DNA from: Penicillus capitatus
Lineage: Eukaryota > Plantae > Chlorophyta
Length of the DNA stretch: 64,000 nucleotides
Assembly (NCBI GenBank): GCA_965649825.1
Contig: OZ287704.1
Coordinates: forward strand, 1-64,000
Reading direction: 5' to 3'
Shown in pieces: positions 25,236 to 37,533 of the stretch. Each line of letters opens with the position of its first letter. Positions within the stretch are counted from its first letter, which is position 1. The position numbers and the translations under genes are program-made. The notes under the pieces were generated by a model. That model worked only from the letters and a program-made list of their open reading frames with translations. It was not told the origin of the DNA and searched no databases.

Positions 25236-26395
25236 ATGATGACGTTAATGCATCGCGTCTGGCAAGGAGAGGCGGATAGAGAACGCGTTTGGTGTGTGGC
25301 ATGGTCACCCGATGGTCTGTCACTTCGATGGTCGACAAGATCTCCCATACCATACTTCTTAGGCAAACGTTTTGCCAGCTGCGGTTCTGAGTCAGTGGTG
25401 CGGATCTGGGAGATGGAAGAGAGTTGGTATTGCTGTGCCGTGCTGGAAGGCATTCATACAAAAACGATTCGACGTGTGCGATGGTCACCCAATGGCAGTC
25501 ACATCGCCTGTGCGAGTTTTGACGCAACGGTGTCCATCTGGGAATGCCGATCGGGTGATGAATGGGAACAAGTGTGCGAGAGACGCTGCCAAGAGTGAGA
25601 GAGGTAGATGATTTGTGTGAGAAGGTCGGATTGCTAGAGGGACACGAGAACGAAGTCAAATGCGTCGCTTGGCATCCAGATGGAAAACGGATCGCCACGT
25701 GCGGAAGGGACAAGACCATCTGGATCTGGGAAGTGGTCGGGCCATACGATTACGAGAGCATCGATGTGAAGCATGCTCACAATCAAGTGTCTTGCCTTTA
25801 AAAAGAGTGAGATAGGTCATTTTGTGTGAGATAGGACGTGAAGCTCGTGGTGTGGCATCCGATGGGACTTTTTCTCGTTTCGGCCAGTTACGACAACACG
25901 ATCAAGATCTGGCAAGACGATGAAGAAGAGGAATGGCAGTGCATTCAGACGCTGGAGGCACACGAGTCCACTGTCTGGGATGTAGATTTCATGCCAGATG
26001 GCAAACAGATGATCTCCTGCAGCGACGATCGTTCGGTAAAGATCTGGTCGATCGACGGAACACGAGTCACGTTTCAGATGTCGCTGTCTGGCTATCACGA
26101 TCGTACCATCTTTTCCGTTCATGTCTCTCCGAAGCGTCTGATCGCAACGGGTGATGCGAAGCTGTCGAGAAGGTGATGAGAGTGAGACAACGTGTACATA
26201 GGGTGCGGAGACGATGCTGTTCGCGTGTTTGATGTGACGTCTGGAGAGGTCACACTTCTGCACCACGTTCCGCAGGCGCACGCCTCGGATGTTAACGTCG
26301 TGTGTTGGAACCCTCGCATCCCTCACCTCCTGCTCTCGGCCGGGGACGATGGCTGTGTCTGTCTATGGCATGTGGTCACAGAGAACGATACTTGA
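25236..26395 (+). CDS. CIAO1: cytosolic Fe-S assembly WD40 protein CIA1/CIAO1, multi-exon
   Basis: [63 protein letters not shown]...[17 protein letters not shown] and [13 protein letters not shown]. Confidence 0.95.
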
Positions 26396-26537
26396 TTCAT
26401 TTGAAACAGCTTTACCAACGTACTGTTGTTTTCTATGTCATCGCTTCTCACAGCACACAGTCCACACGTACTCCGTGATCCGAGTCATGGTATGATGATG
26501 AGAAACGACGTCTCGATAGTTAAGCGAATGTCGCCGT

Positions 26538-28663
26538 TCAGAGTTCGACGTGGTCTTGTACATCTTCATCTTCATCCTCTTCGTCCTCATCTTCCTGCCC
26601 TCCAGCGCCGCCGGCGCCGCCTTTCTCATACGCTTTGGCGATGATGGGCTGACAGATATCTTGTACTTCTTTCATCTTCTCCTTAAAATCGTCGGTTTCC
26701 GCATCGGCCGCCTCCTCGTCGATCCATTCCAGTGCCTCCTCCACTGCCTCTTTCATCTTCTCTTTGTCCTCCTCCTCCAGCACCTCCCCTAGTTTATCCG
26801 AGAGCTGGTTCTTGATGTTGTAACAGTAGGTCTCCAATTCGTTCTTGGCATTGACCTTGTCTTTCATCGCCTTGTCTGCCTCGGCAAACTCTTCTGCCTC
26901 TTTGACCAGTCTCTGGATCTCCTCTTCCGACAACCGACCTTTATCATTGGTAATCGTAATCTGTTCCTTGTTCCCCGTCGATTTATCCTCAGCCGCCACG
27001 TTCAAGATCCCGTTCGCATCGACTTCGAATGTCACTTCGATCTGAGGCGTGCCTCTCGGCGCCGGTGGAATGCCCTTGAGATCGAACTGACCCAACTGAT
27101 GATTATCTTTCGTCATACTCCGTTCTCCTTCGAACACTTGAATGGTGACGGTCGTCTGCTGATCTTGATAAGTGGTAAAGGTCTGTGTCTTCTTCGTCGG
27201 AATGGCTGTATTGCGGCCGATGAGCTTCGTCATCACACCGCCCACCGTTTCGATCCCTAATGTCAGTGGTGCCACATCGATGAGTAGAATCTGACTGCTG
27301 TCTTCATCGCCACTCAGGACACCGCCCTGCACAGCTGCTCCATAGGCCACCGCCTCGTCGGGATTGATGCCTTTGTTCGGCTCACGTCCGTCGAAGAATG
27401 TCTTCAGCAGTTCTTGCACTTTGGGAATCCGTGTCGATCCGCCGACCAACACGATCTCATCAATCTCACTCTTTTTCTTATGCGAATCTTCCAGAGCTTT
27501 GCCCACAGGGCCCAATGTTTTCTTGAAGAGGTCGTTATTGAGTTCTTCGAAACGCGCACGCGTCAGAGGCTCCGACAGATCCATGCCGTCGAAGAGGCTC
27601 TCGATTTCCACACGGACCTGATGCTGCGAAGACAATGCCCTTTTCGCTTTCTCCACCTCTCTCTTCAGTTTCTGCAGCGCTCGGGCATCTTTGGATATAT
27701 CTTTGCTGTACTTCTTTTTGATCAGTTTAATAAAGTACTGCATAACGCGCTGATCGAAATCTTCACCACCCAAATGCGTGTCCCCGTGCGTCGCCACCAC
27801 TTCGAAGATACCATCTTCGATCGTCAAGATACTCACATCGAACGTGCCGCCGCCCAAATCGAACACCAGAATATTCTTTTCGCCCTTCTTGTCCAAGCCG
27901 TACGCAATGGCCGCCGCCGTCGGTTCGTTGATGATCCGGGCGACATTGAGTCCGGCAATGGTACCGGCGTCTTTCGTCGCTTGTCTTTGGTTATCTTGGA
28001 AGTAAGCCGGAACAGTGATGACGGCATTGTCCACTCTCTTGCCCAGATAGCCCTCGGCCGTTTCTTTCATCTTACCCAATATCATTGCCGAAATGGCCTC
28101 CGGTGAGAAACGCTTATCCTCACCGTTGACCTTCACCGAGATGTATGGCTTCCCTGCTTCGTCAACAATCTTAAATGACAAGAGCTTTTTGTCGCGCTGC
28201 ACATCCGGGTCGCTGAAACTGTACATAAGCAGCGAAAAGAGTGAGAATGTGCGACAGACGTTTAGAGATGTCACCTGCGACCGATAAGGCGTTTGACATC
28301 GTAGACCGTTCGTTCGGGATTCTGAGCCGCTTGGTTCTTAGCAGCTTCGCCGATGAGACGCTCCTCGTCCGTAAAAGCGACGTACGATGGCGTGATGCGA
28401 TTTCCCAAGTCGTTCGCAATAATCTCCACTCGGCCGTTTTTGAACACCCCGACGCACGAGTACGTCGTGCCCAAGTCGATGCCGATCACCGTTCCGAGTT
28501 TCTTCTCCTCAGACGACGTCGACGTGGACGCCGAGGCGAGTGCCGCGCAGACGAGGATGAGGCAATAACAACAACCGAACGCACCTACACATCCACCACC
28601 ACCGTGCTGCGTCACAAACACACTGAAAGCATTCTTACGCAGAGAAGGTCGAGGCCGTGCCAT
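26538..28663 (-). CDS. BiP: ER luminal HSP70 chaperone BiP
   Basis: Signal peptide, [57 protein letters not shown] and an acidic tail ending in HVEL. Introns at about 28583-28636 and 28219-28274. Confidence 0.98.
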
Positions 28664-28841
28664 GGTTTTTTGCTGTCGAGAGCACAGAGCAGCTGGTCAA
28701 AAGTCGAGGAACAGAAAATTCGAGAAAGGACGCGAAACGACGCGTTTGTACGTTCAGCTGTGAAGGAGGTGATGTGTCCTTTCACCGGACAGGTGTCCGC
28801 CGACGTCTAGTGCATCGATCCCCGAGTCTCTCGACGCCACG
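28664..28841. promoter_or_regulatory. probable bidirectional promoter shared by BiP and GRP94
   Basis: 178 bp separate the divergent ATGs of two ER-stress chaperone genes. No canonical ERSE was identified. Confidence 0.6.
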
Positions 28842-31640
28842 ATGAAGCGAGGACTCTTGGTGCTTCTCCTGTCGCTTCTCCTTGCCTCATACCTGCCGAT
28901 CTGTGCGTCTCCTTTCCGAACGTACCAACACAATTTGTGCGCTTCTTAGTACGGTCGTATGAAGAAGTCGAAGACGAGCCGCTCGAAACGTGTGACCTGT
29001 TGTGTAAATGCGTCAGTGATGTGACGTGTGTATGTTAGGGGTGGCGGCGCATCGTCGAGTGGTGGACGTTCCATGCGCGCCGCCGCCGAGACATTCGAAT
29101 TCCAGGCAGAAGTCAACCGTCTGATGGATATTATTATCAACTCGCTCTACAGCCATAAAGAGATTTTTCTGCGTGAATTGATCTCCAATGCCTCCGATGC
29201 GCTCGACAAGATTCGTTTTATGTCACTCATGAACGAAAACGTACTAGGACAGGGCGACACGGCAAAGCTGGATATCGAAATCTCGATGGACAAGTCAGCA
29301 AATCGCTTGTCGATTCGAGACCGGGGCATCGGCATGACGAAAACGGATCTGATCAAAAATCTAGGCACGATTGCAAAATCGGGCACATCAGGTGAATCGC
29401 ACACTTTGTCACACAAGAGCGAGAACCGCGCTGTCTAGCGTTCTTGGATCGCATTCAACAGGCTGGAGATTTGAATCTGATTGGACAGTTTGGTGTTGGG
29501 TTCTACTCCGTCTACCTTGTGGCGGACTACGTGGAGGTCATTACCAAACACAACGAAGACAAACAGTAAGACATCGATCTCACAGATGGCACCCATCGGG
29601 TCACATCACGTCGCTGTCAGGTACATTTGGGAATCGGATGCGGGTGGACAGTTTGCCATTTCAGAAGACACCGAAGGGCCGTCTCTTGGCCGAGGCACCC
29701 AGATCAATCTCTATCTGAAGGATGAGACACAGGAATATGCCGACGAGAAATTACTGAAAGATCTCATCAAGAAATACAGCGAGTTCATCAATTTCCCCAT
29801 CTATCTCTACACCGGAGAAGAGGTCGAGGTGGAGACTGCCAAGAAAGAGGAGTCCGGAGACGAAGAAGTCGCAGACGAAGAGGAGCAGGAGACAGAGACG
29901 AAGAAAGAGATGCATTACGAATGGAAATTGGTGAACGATCAAAAGGCACTGTGGCTGCGGAGTCCGTCGGATGTGTCCGATGAGGAGTATCAGAATTTTT
30001 TCAGAGCCGTGAACAAGTTCACCGTGGGCGAGTCACTGTCGTGGGTGCACTTCAAAGCAGAAGGCGATGTGGAGTTCACAGCGCTGCTCTTTGTTCCGAG
30101 AGACGCGCCGATGCACTTCTACGAACGATATTACGAACAGGGCTTCCACAGTCTGAAGCTCTACGTTCGTCGCGTCTTTATCTCAGACGAATTTGACAGT
30201 CTTCTTCCCAAGTGCGTGACCAAAAGAGTGATGCACGGGTATGCTATGATGGTGCAGGTATCTGGGGTTCATGACTGGAGTGGTGGATTCCGATTCACTG
30301 CCACTCAATGTCGGAAGAGAGACGATTCAGGCGCACTCGACTTTGAAGACGATAAAGAAGAAACTCGTGCGGAAGACATTGGAGATGTTAAAGAAGCTCT
30401 CGGAGGAGGACGAGGCGTTTCGGGCAGAGATGGCCGAGGGCGAGGCGCCAAAGGATGAAGAGGAATTCGAAAAGCTAAACAAGTATGCCCGTTTCTGGAA
30501 CGAATTTGGCCGAGCCATACGATTGGGCATCATCGAGGACGAGACCAACCGTCAGCGACTGTCAAAGCTCCTGAGATTCCATTCCTCAAAATCCATAAAG
30601 ACTTACAGTTCCTTGGCAAACTATGTGGCCAGAATGAAACCAGGTGGATGCGTCAGAGAAGGTCGAGCAGAGATGGAAATGGAGTGCATCTGTCTGTAGG
30701 GCAAGATTTTATCTACTATCTCTGCGGCCAGAGCATCACGGAGCTGCAGAAGTCTCCCCATCTGGAGAAGCTTCTGGAAAAGGACTACGAAGTCATTTAC
30801 TTTGTCGAGCCAATGGACGAGTACATGATGCAAGGACTCATCGATTTCGACGACAAGCGTTTTATGGATGCCTCCAAAGAGGATCTGAAACTCGAAAAAG
30901 ATGATACGGTATCAAGCACTCTTATATCTCACACAAATGTGAATGAACATCTGTGGTGCAGGCGAAGAAGCAGATGAAGAAACTGAAGAAAAAATTCAAA
31001 CCGTTGACGGAATGGTGGCAGAGTCTCTTCGCGCGTGATCTCGAGAAGGTCATGGTGAGCAATCGTCTGTCATCCTCTCCCTGTGCGGTGGTGACATCGA
31101 AGTACGGATGGTCGGCCAATATGGAACGCATCATGGCATCCCAAGCGATGAACGATCCGATGCGTGCCGAGATCATGAAGGCGCAGAAGATTCTGGAGAT
31201 CAATCCAGGACATTCCTTAATCAAGGAACTGAACGAGATGGTGCAGCGGGACCCCAATAATCCAGATCCGCGTGCCGTGGCTCAGCTGCTTTACGATGCC
31301 GCTTTGTTGGAATCTGGATTCGATCCCAGCGATCTCCGGCGCTTCACCACAACGTTCACACTATCTCACTCTTTTGCATTCTGCCATACCAGCGTGCATG
31401 TCTAGGCTGCACTCTTTCATCCATGGAGCAATTAATCTGGATGTGCCTTTGGAGAAGATCGAAGTGCCGACGTTTGATGACGAGGACGAGGACGAAACGG
31501 CAGAAGGAGCCGCTGCCGAAGACATCGATGATCAGCACATCGCCCTGGGCGATCTGCTCAGACCAGGGCACGGTGCCGAAACGTCCGACGCCGATGCCGG
31601 CGAAGAAGAGGATGAGGACGATGTCAAAGATGAACTCTGA
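28842..31640 (+). CDS. HSP90B1: ER HSP90 (endoplasmin/GRP94)
   Basis: Signal peptide [94 protein letters not shown] and C-terminal KDEL. Confidence 0.98.
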
Positions 31641-32026
31641 TGGTGCCTTGATCCAAACCATCTCTCTCTGTTAGCTTCTTGCCATTATTTTTGACGACAC
31701 ACCGTCCACGCACGCTCTTTCGCCATCCTGATCAGTTACAATATTCTTCGGGGAGGATTTCGTACGAAATGTCTAGCAATTCAACTGCCACGGCAGGATC
31801 GCACGTCGCATCATCGTCGACCGCATCCGGCGTTTGCGTTTGCCGTCTGTTTATTAAAACATGTGCGGTGACGGTTGTGCATCAGCTGTCAGGGAGGACA
31901 GTAAGTAAGGAATCATCATAATAATCACAAATGTGGGCAGCAGTGCGCAAACAATCTCCACTGTCGGATCACTGCCGCTGTGACGGAAACAACAGGGCAT
32001 ACCATGTTATTCAACTATATCCGTGA

Positions 32027-32706
32027 TTAGACGATCGGGTTGTCGATCACGTACTGGTGCACTTCTACATATCTCGCCATTCTTTTCTGATTGAGCGAGA
32101 CCTGGATGCCTCTGTATATAAAATAGATAATCAGAAGAGTATCTAATGTGTACTCGAAGATGGTAAATGTGTGTCCCCCATGATTAGGATCGTAGTAACT
32201 GACCCAGCTACGAAACCTGCAGGCACAGTATGGTATACATCAGAAGAGCATGTCACATCGTACCGTTCGTGCCAGTCAAAGGGAAAGAAAATTAGGATGC
32301 CATCTTCGACACGCGTGCAGAGATCGATGAAGGAATGCAGTGCGCAAGAAATGGAAAACCACATCAATGCTTCACCCCATCTCTCGTGCAGTACCCAGAC
32401 TCCCATACCGCAGGCCAGATAGAAGACGACGAGAAACGGTGCGTGGAAGAGACTGGTCATCAATTTCCAGAAGTCATTGTGAAAGTAGTACTCGTCATAG
32501 TCAGGACCGTAGAAGGGATTCTGTTCAGAGGGCGGAGAATCTGACTGGAGACGATGAATGAGGTACCAAAGAGTGAGAAGCATGAGAGGTATATCTGGCA
32601 GAATGGACCCAATCAGAAATGCCCGTCCTGTCTGCATCGGCGGACGCCTTCGGTTGAGACAGTCCCAGATAAAGGCAGTGATAAGAAAATGCGAATGGGT
32701 TCGCAT
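32027..32706 (-). CDS. bacterial-type membrane metal-dependent hydrolase-like protein (HxxH...GxxxPD...HxxxD pattern), 2 exons
   Basis: MRTHSHFLITA...FLIGSILPDIP...LHSFIDLCTRVEDG...FFPFDWHER. After a GT-AG intron near 32218-32264 the frame continues FRSWVSYYDPNHGG...VIDNPIV* (stop at 32027-32029). Confidence 0.75.
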
Positions 32707-32957
32707 CGTCGTCGTCGTCTGTATTGTCGTCGTCGAGTCGAAGGTAACGGCGCGAAGATAGCGAGGTGAGTCACGGCGAGGGCGATGGTGTTCAGGCGCG
32801 CCACGTGCCGCGCGGCAGATGTAACGTCAAAGCTTAAGTACTAACCGTCCATGCCTCATTTGTGATCCTCATCCGACTCGGCCAACGGTCCATCGCGGCT
32901 CGGCATATAACTGCACGCGCAGTCCATCGCATAAGGAAGCCACCTTTACGGTGTGTC

Positions 32958-34692
32958 TTACCCCACAGCTGTCTGCTTCCACGAAGGTTCTCTCTCGTCG
33001 AGGTCCCCGATGTTGAGCATCGGTAGAGTGGGTCTTGTCAGCCAGAGCTCCTCTTGCTTGACGATTTCTTCGGTCTTTTTGAGAACGGAACGATCCTCCA
33101 GACGCCATGGCTTCTGCATCGACAGCCAGTGGTCCACTGTCCATCTCTCTCCTGTGCTTCGTCGCTGGCCGATGTTCATCCACTGCCGAAAAGCGAAGGC
33201 ATAGTCTTCATTCGATCGACACTCGAACACAGAATTGAATCCCTCATTATGGTCCCTACGCAGCGTCCGAAAAGCGTGACAAATGATGTGACGTTTGGCA
33301 GTACTTGGGATGGCCGCTGGTAAAAAGACGGCTGCGTGTGTAAAAGATGATCTGCCGATGCAGGTCGGTATCTCCCTCAAAATGCCCTTCGTGATTTTTC
33401 CGCACCGCTACGTTGTAGACGTTCTCGACAAAGGGCAGACGGAAGACAATGGCATGAATGGGGCATCGAATGCGTTTGGCCAAATCCACAAACTCCCCCC
33501 TCTGATCTGCACCCGCACGCCAACATGACACATGAAACCCACAACAATCTCTCGCTCACGCACCCACGGTGAAGTTCATGCGATCGAGGACGATGCAATA
33601 GCCCTGTTTGATAAGATGCTTCGCTTTCAGCACACAGTCTTCTTTCGTCCCACGTTTGCCCAGACGAATAGTGTCTTGATTGATTCGTACCCACGGCAGA
33701 GCTCCGTACTCGACGAGATCCAAAGAGAATTTTGATTTCCCTGACCCTTGGGCCCCTACCGTCAACAACATCATTGGCTCGTACTCCACACCACATCGCT
33801 CTCTGAGGATCGCATCGTCTCGCACGCGACGCGTGAGCGCTTCCAAAGCAGATTCTGAGATGAGAGCCTCCTCCTTTCGCATGGCCAAGATTGATTCGCG
33901 CGTATCGACGCGGAACTCCTCAACGGGCAGATCGACGTTCAGTATCTTGTTGTATAGCTTCCCTCCACCTTCCACCTCGACATAGTTATCCCTTTCCATG
34001 AGTTGTTGCGCAGAAGTGATGGATTTGATCGCCCATGGCGGAAAGGCATGCAGTCGGCGTTCTCGCAGAGCCTGCTGCTCTTTCTCACGGTACGCCTCTC
34101 GCGTTTCTGGATCTGATTCAAGAAAGAGCTCACTCTCCGGCAACTCCTCGTACTCGTCATCAAGTGCAACGGGACGCGGTGCTTGGCCTGTCTGATGCAT
34201 CCATTGCCGACGCGTTCGCCGCAGCGTTCCACCACGAAGGCGATCCAGTATGCCGCCAGTGGTTTTTGGCAGGACAGGAGTGAGATAGTCAAGCCAGAAT
34301 CCCTCTTCGCAGATATCTGGCTGAGTGGGGAGGGGCATCGAGAGAGAGGAGGGTAACATGGAGAGGTAATCGAGAGCGAAACCCGCTTCCGAGATCTCCC
34401 CCGTCGATTCCGGTGCGAATTTATCTTCGATGCGTTGATCGACGAGTCCGTTCACGACATCGTCGCCTTTGGCATCGCCGTCCTTCGGGGTGTCTGAATA
34501 GTGTCGTTTTGGTTGGTACGCGCAGCAGCGCTCGGTCAGGACGGCGAGGTGAAGAGGAGTGGGGGAGAGATCGAGCGACGAAAATGAACGCAAGCTCAGG
34601 AGGGACGAGAGCGCGAAGGCGACAGGGCGCGACGGTTGGAGAAGGAGAGATCGCACCAAAAAGGCATCGCTACGACAGCGCAGACATACCAT
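32958..34692 (-). CDS. P-loop AAA_33/polynucleotide-kinase-like protein with long N-terminal extension (similar to the kinase module of plant aprataxin-like bHLH140)
   Basis: MMLLTVGAQGSGKSKFS (Walker A), PWVRINQDTIRLGKRGTKEDC, CIVLDRMNFT, then RGEFVDLA...HEG. The N-terminus is Arg/Ser/Leu-rich and transit-peptide-like. The 3' end is uncertain. Confidence 0.7.
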
Positions 34693-34838
34693 AATGAATA
34701 ACCCCTAAGACGGACGGTTTCATCATCAAGTTTAATGTTGTTCCTGAGTATTGGACTTTTATAGGAATGAATGGCGTGTACCCGCTTCTCAAATGTGTGA
34801 GAAAAATGTGTGATCTTACGGTTTTTATTTTCATCTTG

Positions 34839-37181
34839 CTAATTGCCTTTAAGAACGTCAATGTTCTTCTCCTCTCTGTTTCTGTCGTCCTCTCCCTGAA
34901 GCCATGCGAATGAGATGGGCTTAAAGAAGCGAGTATGGACTACGGATACGAGATTGTTGTCGAAATGTGAGCAGTGACCGTCGAAAGCATGTGTCTTGTC
35001 GTCTACTGTCTGCATTTGATCCGAAAGAGACACGACAGGTTCGTTAACCGCAAGTTGGCATGTCAGTCCAACGGCATTGCCGTCTGTGACATAGAGTCCC
35101 GGTGCCGTTTCCGCTTCGTTGTCCGTGATGTTGACATAGACGAGTCTCAGCATACGGCACGGCTTACGGGACAAATAGGTGTCAGGACAACCAAGCAGCG
35201 GCTCCAGACTCCATTTACCCTTGATTTCTATCGACAGACCGCCTGTGGCAAAGTGTGATGATCATCAGAAAGTGAAAAGACAGGTGTGTGACCTCCAAAG
35301 ATGGCTTTGTTTTTGTTTAGGAGGACATGGTGGAGAAGCACGTCAGCGATTGCCTTGGAGGGTAGATAATTCAACTCAAGCTGTAACGTCCCGCCGTTAC
35401 GGAGGCCTTCGTTCTCGATCGACTGTTGCTCTGCGATTTCGGCATTCGACAGGCTAAATCTGTTTTCTTTCTGATGACCAGCTCTGTAGAACATGGCAGA
35501 TCCACTGACTGCAATGTTTTTCTGGAAAACAGTTTTGAGTGATTCGGCGGCTGAGGTGAAAGACACAGATGCTACGGCTTCCACGGCAACGCCGCCACCC
35601 CTCTCGCCTGCTTCATTGCCGATGAACGTCGACTGCAGCACCTGCATCATACTGTCGCTGTCAAAGATGTATAATCCGCCGCCATCTTCTGCGGCCGTAT
35701 TCGTCTCGAAGAGCGCATCGCGAACGATGAGATCTCCACATCCGATGCAAGCAATGCCGCCGCCATGCTGCGCCGTGTTTTCGGAGAAGGTGTTGATTTC
35801 TCCACGGCGTTCCTCCGGAGGGAGACCCGAGAGTCCTTCGACCAGCATAAAGGCATTGTTGGTTGCCAGAATGCCGCCGCCGGCTTTATCAGCGACGTTC
35901 TTCTGAAACTTGCATCCCTTCAGCTTGGCGCTTCCGGTATTGCGCAAAAGAACAGCACCTCCAAACCGACTGGCAGTGTTCTCGCTGAATGTGCAGCCTT
36001 CCATGTTCGGTCTCGTGGCAACAGTCGTAACGAGATGGACAGCGCCTCCGTCTCTGGCTGAGTTTTGCTCGAATACACAATTTTGTGCCTTCCATTTGAC
36101 ATAATTCCCTGCCGATATGGTGTAGATCGCCCCTCCAAGTTCGCCTGACGCATCTTCTTCTGGCGGCGCTTGCGCTTCGTTCTTCGTAAAGGTACTCTTC
36201 TGGATGATGATCCGGCGATCGACTGAGTTTTTGGAGGACGCATACGCATCAAAAGACATCTCATGAGCCATCGCTCCGCCAGCCGTTGCTGTGTTGCCAT
36301 CAAAATCACACTGCACGATACGGAGCTCTCCCACATCTCGTGTTCGGAGAGCGCCTCCCGTAGCCGACGGAAACGCAAATCTGAAATAGCGAAAAGGCTC
36401 GATGGGTGCGCCGCCAATGTAGGACACTTCCGTATCATAACCCGTTCCCTTCACACTGTTCTGCAGAAACTGTGATCGTTCGACTCGGCATTCTGCCCTT
36501 TTGCCTTCCACCGCCACAGCACCTCCTCCCGCATCTGCTTCGTTTCCGACGAAGATCGAGTCGAGGATGGTGAGATTGAAGTTCTCAGCGAAGATGGCTC
36601 CGCCCACTCCAGCAACATTGCCAGTGAAGTTGCAGCTTTGGACGATCGCTCCCGGCAAGACACCTGTGTTGCCACGATCGACGGCAGCGCTTAAATAAAT
36701 CCCTCCTCCGTAGCTGTAGTCATCCCATGCGATGTTGTCAATGAAGTTCACTTCATCGAAGCGCGTGAGTGTTGGTTTTTTGGTCTCGATCGTCACAGAC
36801 TGGGGGCAGTTCTCAAAGGTGATCCCCTTGAACTGCACACCATCCGCTTCAACTTCGAACGCTCTGTTTTCGTCGGTGCACGCAATTTTTGTCGCGTGTT
36901 CGGAAATGATGTGAATATTGTCCGTCGTAATGCGCAGGGCAGCGGTCAGTTGGATCGTCTTTGTCTTCAGCACAATCGTCTTCGGACCACTTTCCGCTTG
37001 TCTAATCGCGGCCTCGAGGTCAGCACTGTCCAAAATCGCGCCATTCCAATCAACGGTTTTCGCTGAAGTGAGATGGAGCGCTACGAAAAGCGGATGTCGT
37101 TTTGACTCGGAAATGGAGAGAGCTACCAGGCAGGAAATGAAATAGAATGAGGGCAGGGAGAAGATAGGCGTGGTTAGACAT
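34839..37181 (-). CDS. Pmp-repeat beta-helix protein, paralog 3: ectodomain-only, no Cys-rich stalk or TM domain
   Basis: Signal-like exon MSNHAYLLPALILFHFLPG at 37181. The 601-aa ORF has many F/CxFxxN...GGA[I/M/V] repeats. The last exon (34839-35174) matches the pre-stalk segment of the paralogs and then stops. Confidence 0.82.
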
Positions 37182-37533
37182 ATTCGCCGTTACGCGGCGT
37201 TCTGTTTTCGCCGTTGTCATAAAGTGGCCGAAAAACGTGGAGATGACGTCAGCGGTACAGCGTACTGCAAGGTAACGTCGGGACCACTCGTCCGTGATGC
37301 ATGGAGTAATAGCAGATCATCCGCAAGCCACATCACCGGTGCGCGCACCGATCACCAATTGTCTCGTCTGCTTTACATGGTCACACATTGCTGTACTCTG
37401 CAAACTAGGCAAGAAGGTCACGACATCACAATAGATATAGCTAGGATAGACACATCCAACGTCCACAAATCATGCTAATTCGTGAGGGTCACAATTTTTT
37501 GTCAAAGAAGGGACTATCGGATTCAGACAGCGC

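Noticed and set aside
25591-25834. Repeated AAGAGTGAGA units read as a CRISPR-like array
   Set aside because: The repeats are short, degenerate, irregularly spaced and lie within eukaryotic introns. No cas genes are present.
27466-27479. TCTCACTCTTTTT motif match inside BiP (also at 11819-11830 in RABGGTA and near 16416 in CAND1)
   Set aside because: These lie in coding exons (KKSEI, EKSEE, LSENV). They are chance matches, were not counted as intronic copies, and show that background matches exist.
27414-28106. 230-aa antisense ORF opposite BiP, plus many other overlapping ORFs in the track
   Set aside because: Long antisense frames opposite HSP70 and other GC-rich coding regions are a known codon-usage shadow. 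There is no independent motif support.
31770-32026. Cys-containing short reading frames between GRP94 and the hydrolase-like gene
   Set aside because: No consistent spliced frame or recognisable pattern could be built, so this is probably 3' UTR sequence.
32703-32735. (GAC/GTC)n microsatellite upstream of the hydrolase-like gene; also the (CCG)n run at 19078-19100 in SDHAF4
   Set aside because: Ordinary short simple repeats (UTR or poly-Pro coding).
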